Below are positions 1 to 12,763 of a DNA stretch of 32,533 bases, one piece after another. The DNA comes from Catajapyx aquilonaris (lineage: Eukaryota), in NCBI GenBank assembly GCA_000934665.2, contig JYFJ02004385.1, positions 1 to 32,533 on the forward strand. Direction: 5' to 3'. Position 1 is the first letter of the stretch. Each line of letters starts with the position of its first letter. The notes beneath the pieces are model-generated. The model had not been told where the DNA came from and searched no databases. It saw nothing but the letters and a program-made list of their open reading frames with translations. The translations under genes were made by a program, and so were the position numbers.

Positions 1-89
1 CACTAGCTATATCTGCAGGCTGTGTTGCAGTTGGCAGTAGCAGCCCTGAGTCCCTGATTTCATCAAACTTTGCTGTCAGTGTGATGAGC
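1..89 (-). CDS. CLASP: CLASP coding exon 5 (may be truncated by window edge)
   Basis: Acceptor tatctttgcag; (K)LITLTAKFDEIRDSGLLLPTATQPADIAS resembles the end of CLASP TOG1 (KFDEVQKSG). Confidence 0.88.
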
Positions 90-1120
90 CTGCAAAGATA
101 AGAACAATGAGGATTAAAATAAGGAAGGCATTCAAAGGCATATTTTAGTGACCATAAATCCTGCAGTGGCATACTCCTTTGAACATTTCCTTTGTCTTGT
201 TTATACATTCACCTCCCTTAGAAAAAGTACAGTAAGGCATTTCTGGTAGACTGATACGGCTTTAAAAAATAGGCTTCATGATAATTGCAAGTAGCTTATG
301 ACCATGGAAAGAACTTTTGCCCAAAATCATCCCAGATTTATAGCATTTTTTTTTTAATTCACAAAAAAAAATGTCAGTACATGCCCAAATTTTGTGCACA
401 GAAAGAAAAGCTGAATTTCAAAATATTCACATAAATTCCCCCATGTCCTCCCAAATGCATTATTCACCTGTGTCCTATGGTAGAACAAATTATCTACTAA
501 TTGAAACAGAACTACTGTTGCATTATTTTTCATGCATGCATTGAATTCTACAAATGTTGCACAGATTAATTACTAGTGAGAAGTGATGTATGCCTTGAAT
601 ACCATATGGGTGTGGAAAAGTAGCTTTTGTTCACAACAAAAAATAATCTTCATTTTAGATCTCATTACCTGCCAAAATGTAGATCAGGTGTGTTGCCATA
701 GATGCAACATCACTGTAACTAACATGGGACTTTTTTCTGTCTCGAATGCAAAGGCAATCCAATATTCTCTCCATTGGTCATGTAGTGGTGTCAAGTTTCA
801 CTCTGACATCCCAAGCAAAAACGCAGCACATGCAAAAACCATGTATGTTGAGCTGAGCATACCACTGCACTCCCCTTTATGCAGCCTACGTAACGGTACA
901 AACCTTGTTACTCTACAAGTCTTCGTTGCAAAGTTAGGGGCATAGTAAAACCATGTATGAATATCCTTTTCAATGGAAAGTGAAAACTTCAAATGCGCTT
1001 ATCTCGAAATGATAAAAACCACACATACAGGGTTTTTGCTTGGTACGTCAGCACTGCTCATGCAAATGTAAAAATTGTCCAAGGCCTACATGTCACCATT
1101 TAAAAATGCAAGCAACTCAC

Positions 1121-1297
1121 TTTGTAGGTGGAATATTGTGTTTCTTCTGAAGATCCACTCTCAGTCTCTCACCAACATGGCGGTAAATTTCCACTAAGGT
1201 CACTGCTGCTGCATCTCTCACAGAAGGAGCAGGATCACTCAAGAGTCGCACCAGGGAAGGCACGAGTTTTGAAAGGGACAAGGAGCTTGAGCCATGG
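1121..1297 (-). CDS. CLASP: CLASP coding exon 4
   Basis: Acceptor ttctttactacag, donor AA|GTGAGT; HGSSSLSLSKLVPSLVRLLSDPAPSVRDAAAVTLVEIYRHVGERLRVDL, with the CLASP-diagnostic LVEIYRHVGE. Confidence 0.95.
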
Positions 1298-3563
1298 CTG
1301 TAGTAAAGAAACAAGACAAATGATAAATAACAAGACCTACTGGGCGAAGTACATTATTATCTACTATTCATCTAACAAGTCAATCACAAATTCACATGTG
1401 CAGAACATACTATCCTAGGGCTTTGGAAAACCCACTTAGCCTGCATTAGTGTGAAAGAATTCTTTTTTGTACACTAAAATACAAAGTGCAAAATATTGCA
1501 CTTGGGTACAAATATCACATTTCTACAAAATATGCACACAGTACTTGAAAAACTATGGTGAAATCTCCACACTGATATGTGCAGCGCTTCATAAAATGTA
1601 GGTTGCCTGGTTTGTGGAACGCTATCCAATTTGGACTGGTACCAGCTCTGGGTGTTCCACAGCTCTAGTACACTTCCACCAGGGGACCAAAATTTCTTTT
1701 TTATACTTTGGCAGTTACTACTACAAACACACAACATAAGTCAAATTGATTTTTCTTGTAACTTGCTCAAAGGGTGTGGCACCTGACCTCATTCCTGCTT
1801 CTCAGGTAAGTATATTTAATAATCATTAATAATAATCATGACATAATCAGCTTATCCAACCATTAGCTAGTCCTTCCTAAAACTTGCAGCCATAGCAACT
1901 TGGCAGGTCCCCAATAGAGCCCCTCTATGCTTCCTGACTACTGAATAATGCACATGGCATTCTCAGTGTTGCAACATGTACTTTCTATGGCAGTTCTGAT
2001 ACTAGGCCACGTGAAGGTCCTACACACAGTCGCAGTCAGTTAATGCAGGTGGCATACAGATTTCCAATTTTACAAAGAGGATGGCAGAGAGGCAAATGGT
2101 TGCTTGTTGCTACTATTTTTACTGTGCTACATGGCATCGATATCAGTTCATTTAAAAAACATGCAGCTCAACCTGCATGCAACCAACCATGACAGAAATG
2201 TGCCTCTCTAGGTCACAAGTCCAGCACAAAATATCACACACTTACTATAGGAAATGCAGAATTATAATTTTGCACACTTCAGAAATTCTACCCCATGTCC
2301 TGTTAATTGTTTTCAAATGTAATTTATCACAAATTAATTTATAAACCTACTGTAGAACAATTCAGCCATGTGCCCTGACTTGCTCTAACAGCTCTAACAT
2401 ACGATATGCATTGCTGATTGTAGTTGCATGGCACGATATGAATAATGGAAAGTGTAGCAACAAATTGACTAATGTAAAATTGCCACAACGCTTATGCTTC
2501 ATGATGCTGTCACTTAACCACCACCAAGTTAGTTGCATTACTCTTGTTGCATCATACTTGTTGAAGAAAGCTGATTTAATTCAAGTAGTCTGTGTTACAG
2601 ATGCTCAGTCTGTAGGTACAACAGCTAATAAGTTCCTCACTTAATAATTAACTAATTAAGATGAAACAAAAGGCACCAGTGAATATATTGGAGTAGCCAA
2701 TTCTTAAAACCCGCAAAAAAACCTTCTGTACTTGTAAACTGCGTTTATGTCATAAGTCACATTATCCTCCATATGCCCGCAAAAGTTAAATTTCTGTGCC
2801 TATTTGAAATTTCAGGTTTTTTTTGTGCCTTAAAATCCGGGCTCTAGTCTTAAGTAGCGTAATATTACACATGTACCGCTAACAAGGCATGCTAAGTCAA
2901 AATAATGCATCAAGTTGTCCCCCCGGTGCAAGATGTCTTTCATGTTGAGTCCTTGAAACATTAGGACTTCCAAGGGCTAACCAGTCAACTTGGTGAAGAC
3001 ACATTGTCTCATGCATATATGTAACAGCCCGGGGGTAAAAGGCCAATAATTATTAAAGATCTATGGTCTCCATTGACAGTGGATGCAAAATTGCCCAGTG
3101 CTTCACAGATCAATAAGTACTGGCCGAAGTTTCAGTACAATCAATGACAGAAGTTATTCAAGTAATGCCTGTGCAATGTTGCAAAATATCACCTAGGAAT
3201 AGAACAAGTCATGCAACATTTCAATCCCGAACCAATACATTCTATCTGCAATTAAATACTTCTTGCCTGGCATTCAGCAAAAGGTATACAAAGACATTGC
3301 AATCAGACATATATGACCACAGAACCCAGCATTGCAAACTTGCATTATTACACGCTACTTCTCTGACCATTCAGCACTTTTCCCTATATGAAATGCATCA
3401 AATAAAATGCTTAGGACCAATTGATACTAGGCCCTATCTGGAGCAATCCAATAATATTTCACCTGCCTAATGATCGCTTACCAACAATAAACAACCAGAT
3501 GGCAGGAGAAGTTTAATCATGTTAAAATAATAGATTCTTCTTTTGAGACAACAGTAAAAACAT

Positions 3564-3626
3564 CAGCTGGGAATTGAACCCAGATCCCCTACATTGAACA
3601 GGTGTTCTGCCACTAAACCACTGCTA
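3564..3626 (-). pseudogene. Degenerate tRNA-like/SINE head
   Basis: A-box TGGTTTAGTGG and B-box GGTTCAATTCC with T-arm CTGGG/CCCAG; no intact anticodon arm. Confidence 0.5.
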
Positions 3627-3730
3627 CTTTATTGCTTATTAGCAGCAAACAATAGAAGTTTTTGGGTGACGTTTCCTAAAGATTGTCTACATTACTTCCT
3701 TGGGAATTTACGCCAGGCTATAAGGAAGGT

Positions 3731-3755
3731 CACACACACACACACACACACACAC
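3731..3755. repeat. (CA)n microsatellite
   Basis: About 12 CA units. Confidence 0.95.
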
Positions 3756-3929
3756 CCATGCAGTACAAACCTGCAAATATAATCCCACATGCATAACTTC
3801 TGAGCAGGTGTTACTACATAATTATGTGTTGCATGCCATGCACGTTTTAATTGTTATACCGTAAGAAATGACTTTAAAACACTTAAGGCAGATATACAAG
3901 GTCACAAAAATCCTCATTTGTGCTCTTAC

Positions 3930-4098
3930 TTGCTCAGTGCTGTTCTGAGACACCACATGATCTCTTCCCTAACCCTCCCATTTTTGTGTGAGAAAGCTGG
4001 TAGGAGTTTCTCAAATAGCTGTCCTGGACTTAAAACATGTTCCATGAGCGCAGATAACACAAGCTGCGCCCTTTCCCGGACCACATCCTTGGGATCAC
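3930..4098 (-). CDS. CLASP: CLASP coding exon 3
   Basis: Acceptor ctttcttcctag, donor AA|GTAAGA; 169 nt encoding GDPKDVVRERAQLVLSALMEHVLSPGQLFEKLLPAFSHKNGRVREEIMWCLRTALS; phases 1/2 fit both neighbours. Confidence 0.93.
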
Positions 4099-5287
4099 CT
4101 AGGAAGAAAGGTAAAAATTAGTCAGCATAATTCTTAAGCTTCACACAAGCACTTCCATAAGCAACAAGGAGTAATAACAATAATTCCCTAAACTATTAAG
4201 AAGTGCTATTAAGAAAATAAATATGGCAGACATTTGTGCAATCATTAAAAATACACAACGGCTTAAAACTCTAGTCCACAATGAAAATGACAGCATGAAC
4301 AGTGTCACTGCACATGGTGAAATGCTCCATTTGAAAGAAAAAGGTGCTCATCCTCATAAGGCTCAAACCATCATAGGCAGATGTTGATGGCTAATTTGTA
4401 CAGCTGAGCATTTTCGACCACAAGCTCTTTGGACCAGCTCAGAAAGTGAAGTGAAAAGGCTTAGTCATTTATCACAACTTATTCCACATGTGGTGAGTTT
4501 CTACCCTGGTATGACTTGAGGTTTATAGGCAGAACAAAAAAATTCAGAGAAGTTGCAATGCAGCATTATCTTGATCTACCTTGGGTGTAGGTGTTTATGA
4601 TGTTAGTTTATTGTTTGTTTTATTTACCACATGCTGTAGCATGGCTCCTTTGGAAAGGGAAAGCAAACAGTTTACAGGTCACATAATTTCATCCATTTAA
4701 CTATGTTCAAGAAAAAATTATGTATATTTAAAATAGTTTCTGGGTATCATAATTTCACACTTGTTTCATCTACTTGGATATGGGAGAAGGAAGCAAGAAA
4801 CACTGAGCAGGAAAGGGGGGGGGGGGGNGGGGGGACCAAAAAAAAATCGGGTACTCATACAGGAGGTGAAAGGTGTACAGTACATACACGAACCCTATTA
4901 CACCAGAACTTGATCATTGGATAAGGGAACCGCTTATCCGTAACAACAGTGAATTATTTCTAAAATTTACACGAAGCTGCAACTCTGTCAGATTTCAATG
5001 AGGTTAGCAACTGTGTACTACAAACCCCTTGTCCATGGTTGATCCAATGGTTCAATTTCCCGAATAAGCTGCCATGTAAGAAGAATTACATGCTTCCCTT
5101 CCATTTTAGCTCATTTGGAGGGGAGTGATCTTCCCACCCTCTGGTCATTGCGTGAAAACACTACCATCTGGAGGTCCCACCATGGCAAGGAAATGCCAAA
5201 AATCCTTACCATAATGGCTTGCCCTTTCCTGTGTACAGGAGCCAAGTACACAGCAGTTGCATAATTTTACTTTTCCTATTGATAATA

Positions 5288-5895
5288 CAGTCAAACTTCT
5301 ATAAGTAGAATCTCCATGGGACTGGAAAAAACTTCCAGTTATAGACGATTCGAGTTAGAGAAGTTTGGAATATTTTTTAAGCACATAACTCTACAAGGAA
5401 AACCACCTTAATATCCAGCGACGAAAGGTGTTCCAATCTTAAAAATAACTGTCACTATCACATTACAATGTTCCTCCTTGTTTTGTTGTAAAAAAAACTC
5501 CCTTATGGACATTTGCCTATTCTTAGATCGGCTCTCACTCTTAAGAAAGGATTAAATAGTCACAGTCGAGTCAAACACTTCTTTCGGTGGCATGAGTCAT
5601 TACTGGTAGACGGAGATCAGGAAAGAGACTTTCTGTACATGTGGCCTACTCTCGACCCTTCGGCTGGGAAATGAGAAAATTTTCCGTACTCGCCAACATG
5701 AACTTCGACTTAGGGAAACTGAAAATGCATCAATATCCCATCGTAAGGCCCCACCTGCACTTCGAGTTATGGAGAACTTCGAGTTAGGGAAGTTTATTTC
5801 CTATTATTTTACATTGTGACTAACCAAGCTCATAATTTTCTTTGACTTATACAGAACTTTGACTTAAGGAAGTTCGACTTATATAAGTTTTACTG
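5288..5895. mobile_element. Tigger/pogo-like MITE
   Basis: TIRs CAGTCAAACTTCTATAAGTAGAA / CAGTAAAACTTATATAAGTCGAA, TA on both flanks, subterminal TTCGA(G/C)TTA repeats. Confidence 0.85.
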
Positions 5896-6381
5896 TAATA
5901 ATCATCATCTGGGTAATGCTTGCTGTACTATTGATCGCGCCACAAAGGCGGCATGACACTTGTGGCAAGAAGGCGCAGGAAAGCACGGGAAAGCATAGGG
6001 GTAGGATGCAGTTCACTGTTGCTGTGGACCTGTTCTCGTGCTAGTGCTGCGGAAATCACTGTTAGGTCGTGTGTTGACATTGGCTGAGCGTAGGGCATGC
6101 CATATTGTATCCGACGGAGGGAACTTTGAAATTATATTTAATAAAAATGGCCAGCTATGTATGACATGAAACAAATCACGAATTTCTAAAGCATTACAGA
6201 GTGTACATCAGGGTTATTCAACGAACCCTCTCCATGGCCACACATGTGGTTAGCAAAAATTGTTTACTTTAAAATTGCCAAAGAAGGCACTATGAGTCTG
6301 CCATAATTTGTTTTTATAATGTTAGACTATGTACAGATGATGGCCATTTTTGAGTCTCGCATTATGTTCATATGTAATAAT

Positions 6382-6695
6382 TTTTTTTCTTCATTACTCC
6401 TTGGGGGGGGGGGATTACCACCATTGGGATTTGTTGGAGCGTGTTAAGAAGGATCTTATTAGTTTTCTCCAAGGGTAGGTGGGAGGGGATGTGCAAAGTG
6501 CATGTGCGCTGTCGTTGAGTGGTCATTTTGTGAACTCCCCTGGGTGGATTAGTCTTTAGGAAATTTCCACCCGAAATGAAGCCGGAGATGGCCCAACTCT
6601 GCACGGATAAAGGTGGGAACCCCGGGTGGGGATTGAACCAGGGACCTTCACATCCGTGGGCGCGCGCGTTACCGCGGATCCACTTCATCTCCCCG
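6382..6695 (-). mobile_element. tRNA-derived SINE, full length
   Basis: GGGGAG start, B-box GGTTCAATCC, A-rich tail, 12-bp TSD ATATGTAATAAT (6370-6381, 6696-6707). Confidence 0.85.
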
Positions 6696-6707
6696 ATATG
6701 TAATAAT

Positions 6708-6800
6708 CATAATCATAATAATAACGTACCCCGTGACAGGCCTCCTTGCCGGGCATTTTATATCATGTCAATGACTGGAATCATTTGCCTGCCGCCCTGA
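6708..6800 (-). mobile_element. 3' fragment of a SINE related to the element at 12764
   Basis: CAGGCAAATGATTCCAGTC...GGCCTGTCACGGGGTA plus an (ATT/ATG) tail aligns with 12955-13020. Confidence 0.65.
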
Positions 6801-6871
6801 ATATTAAATATAAAAGTAATGGTAACAGTAAATACTTAAATTAATCTCTTTGAACAATATGTGACAATACC

Positions 6872-6872
<1 letters not shown>

Positions 6873-6919
<47 letters not shown>
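6873..6919. repeat. (ATT)n microsatellite
   Basis: About 15 units. Confidence 0.95.
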
Positions 6920-6920
<1 letters not shown>

Positions 6921-9484
6921 CTATAATGCGGGATCATGCACTGGCTTGTTTTAAATTTTGGTGGCCATGTCAAATGCAAAAAATTGCAAATTATCATCTT
7001 TCAAGCCCATCATGCCAGTGTGCCATTAGTGCCCTGGCCCATGCCTACCAAGACCAAGCTGTAACCAGTCTCAACATAAATCGCACAAGCAACAATTTGT
7101 AGCTGTAACATTTGGAAGGTCAGGCTCGAGGTAAGAGTTCATAGGTTTGACAGAAGTGAAATCTGTTTATAAAAAATTACACAATCCAGCGCAAGTCCAC
7201 TGGGTCATAATTTTAATGTAAGAACATGAATTTCCCCCCCTCATTGATGATTCATGACTGTCAATTTGTGAGAGGACTGGATTTTTGGAAAATGTGGCCA
7301 ATCACTGTATATTGGGCTGAATAAAACTATGTGAGCGAAGGGAGCAGCAGACATCAAGTACATGGCATGCACACTTGCAGACATGCAGAATAAAACTGAG
7401 AAAGTACATGAGAATTATATTGTGTTACTGCAAATTGCTTGAATGGAGCATAAGTCAATTTTTTTAAGTTATTTTTGTTATTAGAAAGCAAAAAAGGATA
7501 AGGTGAAGGATCTGTAATAATGTGTGCGTGGCAGGAGGCCCAGGGAGGGGATTGATGGAGATAGGGGAGGGAAAGAATGCTTAAAAAACTGATTTGCTGT
7601 CCTAGGATTTCCTTATTGGCTAACTGAAACCATATAACAGCACCCAACAAATCTGCAATTACCTAAAATACCTTCACAGAACCCTTGTAACAAGCCTACA
7701 GAACCTTAGGATTCTACAGGAGACAGGTTGAAGAACATGAGTCTAGCTAATCAGACATTTCTAAACACGCTCAAGGATGGCATTGTCATAACTTAATTTC
7801 TACAGCACAATACAATGACACTTCCTAGCCAAAAATTATGGAAAAGTTACTCATCACCCTGCACCAACCTGTGTTATACAACAAAAAACAGAAATTTTGA
7901 CTGTCAGAAAATAAACAGCCTTTTTTTTGTGAAATACAAATTATTCTTGCAAATGATCTAACTTTTCATATCCATTATCAAGTTACTACAGATTTCACCA
8001 TTTTACATAACTGCAAATCTTATCAACAACAACAAAAAACCTCAGAAATGAGCAGGTCACCGTTGGTTGTACAGTGCTTTTCTGGGAAATCCCCTAAGGT
8101 AAATTCAAGGACCCAGTCGTCATGGCAACAGCAGATTTCCGTCAAGAATCCCTCAGTGATTGGCTCACATAGTAAAGAAAATATTACAATTGTTTTTTGA
8201 GAACAAGGATAAAATACTTTCAACATAAATGCCATAATGTTTTAAACCCAATTGAAACCAATTACTTGGACTGGTATAACACGTAAGATCATACTCTACA
8301 GGATCAGTTCTGTAGTATGATTAACGGAACTCTAGAAACAACTAGAGAGTCTGGCTGACTGGTATAACACATATGCCATTTCCTTCAAATGTTACGAATT
8401 TAATACAATTTCTAGCCACAGGTTAAACCAAATTTGTTAAAAAATCTTCAAGTTCCCTATATAGTCACCCATTTTTAAAATTCATGTGTCCTATTATGTA
8501 TGCTAGTAGTAGACTCGTTGCCATATTTTGGCAGCACCCCCGACTTAAATTAGAAACATGTGCAGCAAGGGTAGAAGGGCCTAAGACAGGACATATTAAG
8601 ACATTGTCGCCCTCTATGATGTCCTGTACAGGCGCGTAGGCAGCAAAAAATTTGAAGGGCCCCCCCACTTCATAAGCGCAATGTGAACAAGTCATAAAGG
8701 GCGGAAATGGGGGGGGGGGGGTTCAAGGTCACACGAGCTTAGGTGAATGTGGGAGATTTAAATGGGTTGTATTTGATGAAATTAGTAGCACTTTTCCCCC
8801 CCCAAAAATCATGAATTAGTAATTTCTAATGCTATTTCAAACTGTCCTGTATATCGTCGCGGTCCGCCAGTTGAATAGCCCTGAAGTAGCGCATCAGAAT
8901 GTCTAGTGAACCCAAGGAAAAAAATTCCTGATACTGCCAGGTTTCCCAGTGCTCATTTGACTGAATTTCCCTGATTTTTATGGCTTGTATGGTGCGGTGT
9001 GCATTGACGATTGTTCGGAAAACACAACAAAATGCAAGTAGTTCAATGACAAATTTGCGTAATTGTGTTCACAGAAAGAGTTGTAATGTGACTCAAAGAC
9101 CTAAACCTACAGAAAGAGCCCTGGAATCCCAGTCGGGCCGAACTCCAACCCAACATCAAGCCAGTGGCAAGGCAATTGAAGGGCTCCATGGAAGAAGGGG
9201 GTAACTAGATGGGAATTCCCATCTATTTACCCCCTTCTTCCATGGATTCAATTGTGAGAAGGGTGGCTAGCACTCACACTGCCGTTGTCACCGATTCCTC
9301 ATTGGGCAGAATTCCAGCCTGGCAAAGAAATTCCCCGATAATTCCTTGACTCTTCCAGAACAATAAAATTCCCAGATATTTCCAAGATTTCCAGGTTGCT
9401 AGACACCCTGTACATAGGCCCCTACCAGTTGGTGCATAGGCTCTCCCTCTGCACACTACTTCTGTGCTTAGGGGGAAAGTAGTA

Positions 9485-10511
9485 CAGGTAGTCCCCGGTT
9501 TACGAACGACCTGACTTATGGTGATCTGTACTTATGAACGGGCTCCCAAGGCTCCATGGAAAAAAAATTTATAATGGGGAAGTAGCCTTCATTTTGGAAA
9601 CTACATAATAAATTCGCCCACATTTTTGGGATTTTTTTGGCATATTCCGTTTCAAGATATCAGTTTCAGTTCCGGAGTAATTGGGGTTTTTATGTAGGCT
9701 ACTGGTGACGTCACTGTTTCCCTAGAAAATGTTGACGTCACGCGAAGTGAAATGAACGCAAAAATGGTGTTATAGAACGCGCCCCGTCATTGTCGTAAAA
9801 TGCTTCGCTGTTGTTAGCAACTGTCCCATTCCGTGAGCAAGATAGCGGCCGGGGCGCGTATTTATTCCAGGGCGCGCCAGTCGCTTCTGGGCTGACAGTG
9901 GTGCCAACTGGTAGGAATTATCTGTCACCCGAATTCGGCACATTGAGGTCCCTTTTCTCCACCTCGATGGCCTACATCCGCCTTGCAAATGCTTTCCGTC
10001 GTGTCCGCGGTTAATTCAAAGTCAAATTCCTCATATCTCGCAGTCAACCAGGCATTTCAGTGCACCCTTTCGATTGGCACCACCCGGCTCCGCCGTTTTT
10101 CCCGCCAATTTTGAAGGCACTTTTAAATGTGCCGTAATTTATCCAGTAATGTCATTTTGATGCAACAAAGTGATGGAATGTATGTTTACAGGCATGGGCT
10201 AGCTAGTTATGAACAAAAATCCCAAATCCCAGACCAAGGCTAGTTCCCCATTACTCCTCTATTTTTAATCACTTCTTCATACGTTGATCGACACCTAGTT
10301 CAACATAGCCTGTATATTGTATAATTAATACATAATTGCGAAACTACGTTCGTCGTGCATGTAAACAGACACACATGACATTAGTGGTTCGTTGGAGCAG
10401 AATCTTTACTGTGTATGTATGCGCTGTTCCTCAGGGATTTGAGTTACGTACAAATGCGACTTATAGACATTTTCAGGAACGTAACCTTGTTCATAGAACG
10501 GGGACTACCTG
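9485..10511. mobile_element. Tigger/pogo-like non-autonomous DNA transposon (~1 kb)
   Basis: TIRs CAGGTAGTCCCCGGTTTACGAAC / CAGGTAGTCCCCGTTCTATGAAC, TA TSDs, no transposase ORF. Confidence 0.87.
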
Positions 10512-10937
10512 TACTATATGCACGTTGGTGATAAGTCACTGTGCAGAAAAAGCCCACCAGGGCGCCATGACCAGCATGTGTCTCGCCTCCATTGAAGTGG
10601 GTCATACCCCTTCTGACCGCTATATGTCCTAATTGTTGGAAATGGAAAGTGAAAAACCATGGTCACTACTACCTAGGCAACGAGTGTTGATGGACATATA
10701 AGCAGAGAGAGAGGATAAGGCTTTTAGTTATATAGATAAAAAGCCTGTGAATTTGGAAAAGCCAAGAAATCTTTTCTTTTTCCAGGCCTTTACAACACTA
10801 ATTAAACCCGAAAACAAATATACATAATTAACCATATACATAATTAACCCACTGGCACACAAAATATTTTGAGCATATCATTCGTGCTCCCTGGCACATG
10901 ATGCATACATGTTGCATGCATTACATATTATGTATTA

Positions 10938-11338
10938 CAGTAAAACCCGGCTTATCTGACCGTCCGATTCAGTAATAAATGTATGTTTTCTCATCAAATG
11001 TAATGTAATCAAATGTAATGCAGGCCTACTAATTATTTGTTTTGTATTGCCTTAGTTAAATTTTAAACAGCAATGTGTGTACGGAAAAGATAAATACTTC
11101 ACTATTTCTTAGAAAAGCGTAATATTGTACATTATTTCATTTTTAATGCTTTTTAGCGTTTTCCTTTGCTCCTCGGATTATACGACCTTTTGTTACCTGA
11201 CATTGCCTCCATCCCATGAGTGACGGATAACACTATGTAACAAAATTTGACTTTTTTTTGTCCATGGTAATTTGGACTTCGAATTCAGTGTGAACATCGT
11301 CCTGGAACGAATTAAGTTCGAAGTACGAGACACCACTG
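10938..11338. mobile_element. Fragments of two Tigger-like MITEs
   Basis: Left end TA|CAGTAAAACCCGGCTTATC at 10938 and a different right end ...GTACGAGACACCACTG|TA at 11338; they match only at the terminal CAGT. Confidence 0.5.
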
Positions 11339-11363
11339 TATAACTGATGGTGTGATCCAGTTG

Positions 11364-11705
11364 TTTGTTTGTTTTGTTTATTCCGTGATGTCCCTTACAG
11401 GATCTATAGGGGGGTGGCACACCATCGGTTTTCTATATATTTTTCAGCTTCCTTCTCCGGTGCAAGGAAACAGGGACATTGGGTAAGGATAGGGATTGTT
11501 GGGGAGGGGACACTTGTGCAGGTCCAATGTCTTAAACCTTTGGGCCATGTGCAGTCCCCCAGGAGGTTAGGTTGCCAGACACCTCCAAGGTGCAGGTCAG
11601 AGACCCTCCCGACGCAGGTGAAAGGGAACTCCCGGGGGGGATCGAACCTGGGACATTTCACTCAGCAAGCCGAGATGTTACCATCTCGGCCACCATACCT
11701 CCCCA
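11364..11705 (-). mobile_element. tRNA-derived SINE, full length
   Basis: A-box TGGCCGAGATGG, B-box GGTTCGATCC, (AAAC)n tail, perfect 15-bp TSD GGTGTGATCCAGTTG (11349-11363, 11706-11720); second copy at 30541. Confidence 0.92.
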
Positions 11706-11976
11706 GGTGTGATCCAGTTGGACTCAAAAACTGATTATTTAGTTATCACCAGATTTATAACACCAGTTTTATATCTACCGAAACCTCACAGATTCTATTA
11801 TACCAAAAGACCACATATTAACTTCATTGTCGGCTGTTTATAATGAGCTCTACCTTCATCAATCATGTAGATATGCACCACAATCAACATTGCATGAACA
11901 TACACCACAAGTGGCCAGGTAGCACTGACACCTGTTAGCAACTCCTTGCCCTACCACAAAGCACCAATGGACCCAC

Positions 11977-12082
11977 CTAATCGATCCACAGCTGGCGGGA
12001 TGACCGTTGACAAGTAAGCCCGGAAATCCTCCCTCATCTGCACTATCAAATGGTGCAGAATCTCCAGTCCATTCTGAGCCAC
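11977..12082 (-). CDS. CLASP: CLASP coding exon 2
   Basis: Acceptor ttttgtcgtag, donor G|GTGGGT; 106 nt encoding VAQNGLEILHHLIVQMREDFRAYLSTVIPPAVDRL(G), a TOG HEAT repeat; not in the ORF track. Confidence 0.92.
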
Positions 12083-12159
12083 CTACGACAAAAGCCAGAC
12101 GTTTGAAGAAAAAAAAACAACACATCACTCACACACCAACTTGCTAATCACAACCACAC

Positions 12160-12339
12160 CTTAAAATTAGATCCCTGCAACCAGAGCACAAGACAGTCCA
12201 CAAAACGTCCGATATCCTCGCACTCAATGGTGGCATCCGGCCTGGAGAAATAATCCTGCAAGTCCGTCCCCAGCTGTAGCCGGCGCTTGGTGTCCGACAC
12301 ATTGAGATGGATCAGGAAGGTATCCAGCTCGGTACCCAT
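12160..12339 (-). CDS. CLASP: CLASP (CLIP-associating protein/Orbit/Mast) coding exon 1, start of TOG1 domain
   Basis: MGTELDTFLIHLNVSDTKRRLQLGTDLQDYF...WLQGSNFK (60 aa) resembles the CLASP N-terminus (KRLQVGQELIDYF...WVNSSNYK); donor AAG|GTGTGG, phase 0. Confidence 0.93.
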
Positions 12340-12537
12340 CCTGGGGCTTATTGGGGCGGCGGCTCCAAGGCGTGGCCCCCTTTCTCACTAGACAGTCCCC
12401 ACAGCACCCACAGATTCGCTCACAACTGACTGCAAAACACGGGTGGCACTCAGGGGCAGCCACGACGCTGGGGTATTTGCCTCAAGCGACTAGCAGGCAA
12501 CTCCACGGAAACATTCATAACACTGGGCGCAGCCCAT

Positions 12538-12650
12538 CCGCCATCTTCTTTTTACAACGGCGCTACTGTCGGGGCTGATTGTAGCGTAGCGGCTATTGTA
12601 GAATTAGCTGGAAATTCTAGCTGATAGTTACACATGATTGGCCTGGAAGT
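12538..12650 (-). promoter_or_regulatory. Probable CLASP core promoter: YY1-type motif AAGATGGCGG, CCAAT box, ETS-like GGAAGT
   Basis: CCGCCATCTT at 12538-12547, ATTGG at 12637-12641 and GGAAGT just after it; CpG-rich and ~200-300 bp upstream of the ATG. Confidence 0.5.
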
Positions 12651-12763
12651 AATAGCTAGTGATAACATCAGCACAATTGAAATTTTACGGTTTTCCTAAG
12701 AGGTGGTGAGTGTCATTTTATGTTTATAACTTGCAACCCCTTGCATGAATAGTAATTATAGCA

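Noticed and set aside
583..945. 120-aa plus-strand ORF and similar intronic ORFs
   Set aside because: No motif or coding character; expected by chance in intronic DNA
4815..4846. Poly-G run containing an N
   Set aside because: Homopolymer sequencing or assembly ambiguity
8269..8370. 14-bp direct repeat GACTGGTATAACAC flanking ~74 bp
   Set aside because: TSD-like, but the insert has no tail or TIR; a small local duplication is equally likely
6209..8883. Inverted pair CAGGGTTATTCAAC / GTTGAATAGCCCTG as one 2.7-kb hAT element
   Set aside because: The 8-bp flanks do not match (GTGTACAT vs AAGTAGCG); more likely two independent remnants
4099..11976. U4atac snRNA, which lies in a CLASP1 intron in human
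   Set aside because: No recognisable U4atac 5' sequence found by eye; an Infernal search with the Rfam U4atac model would be needed to exclude it
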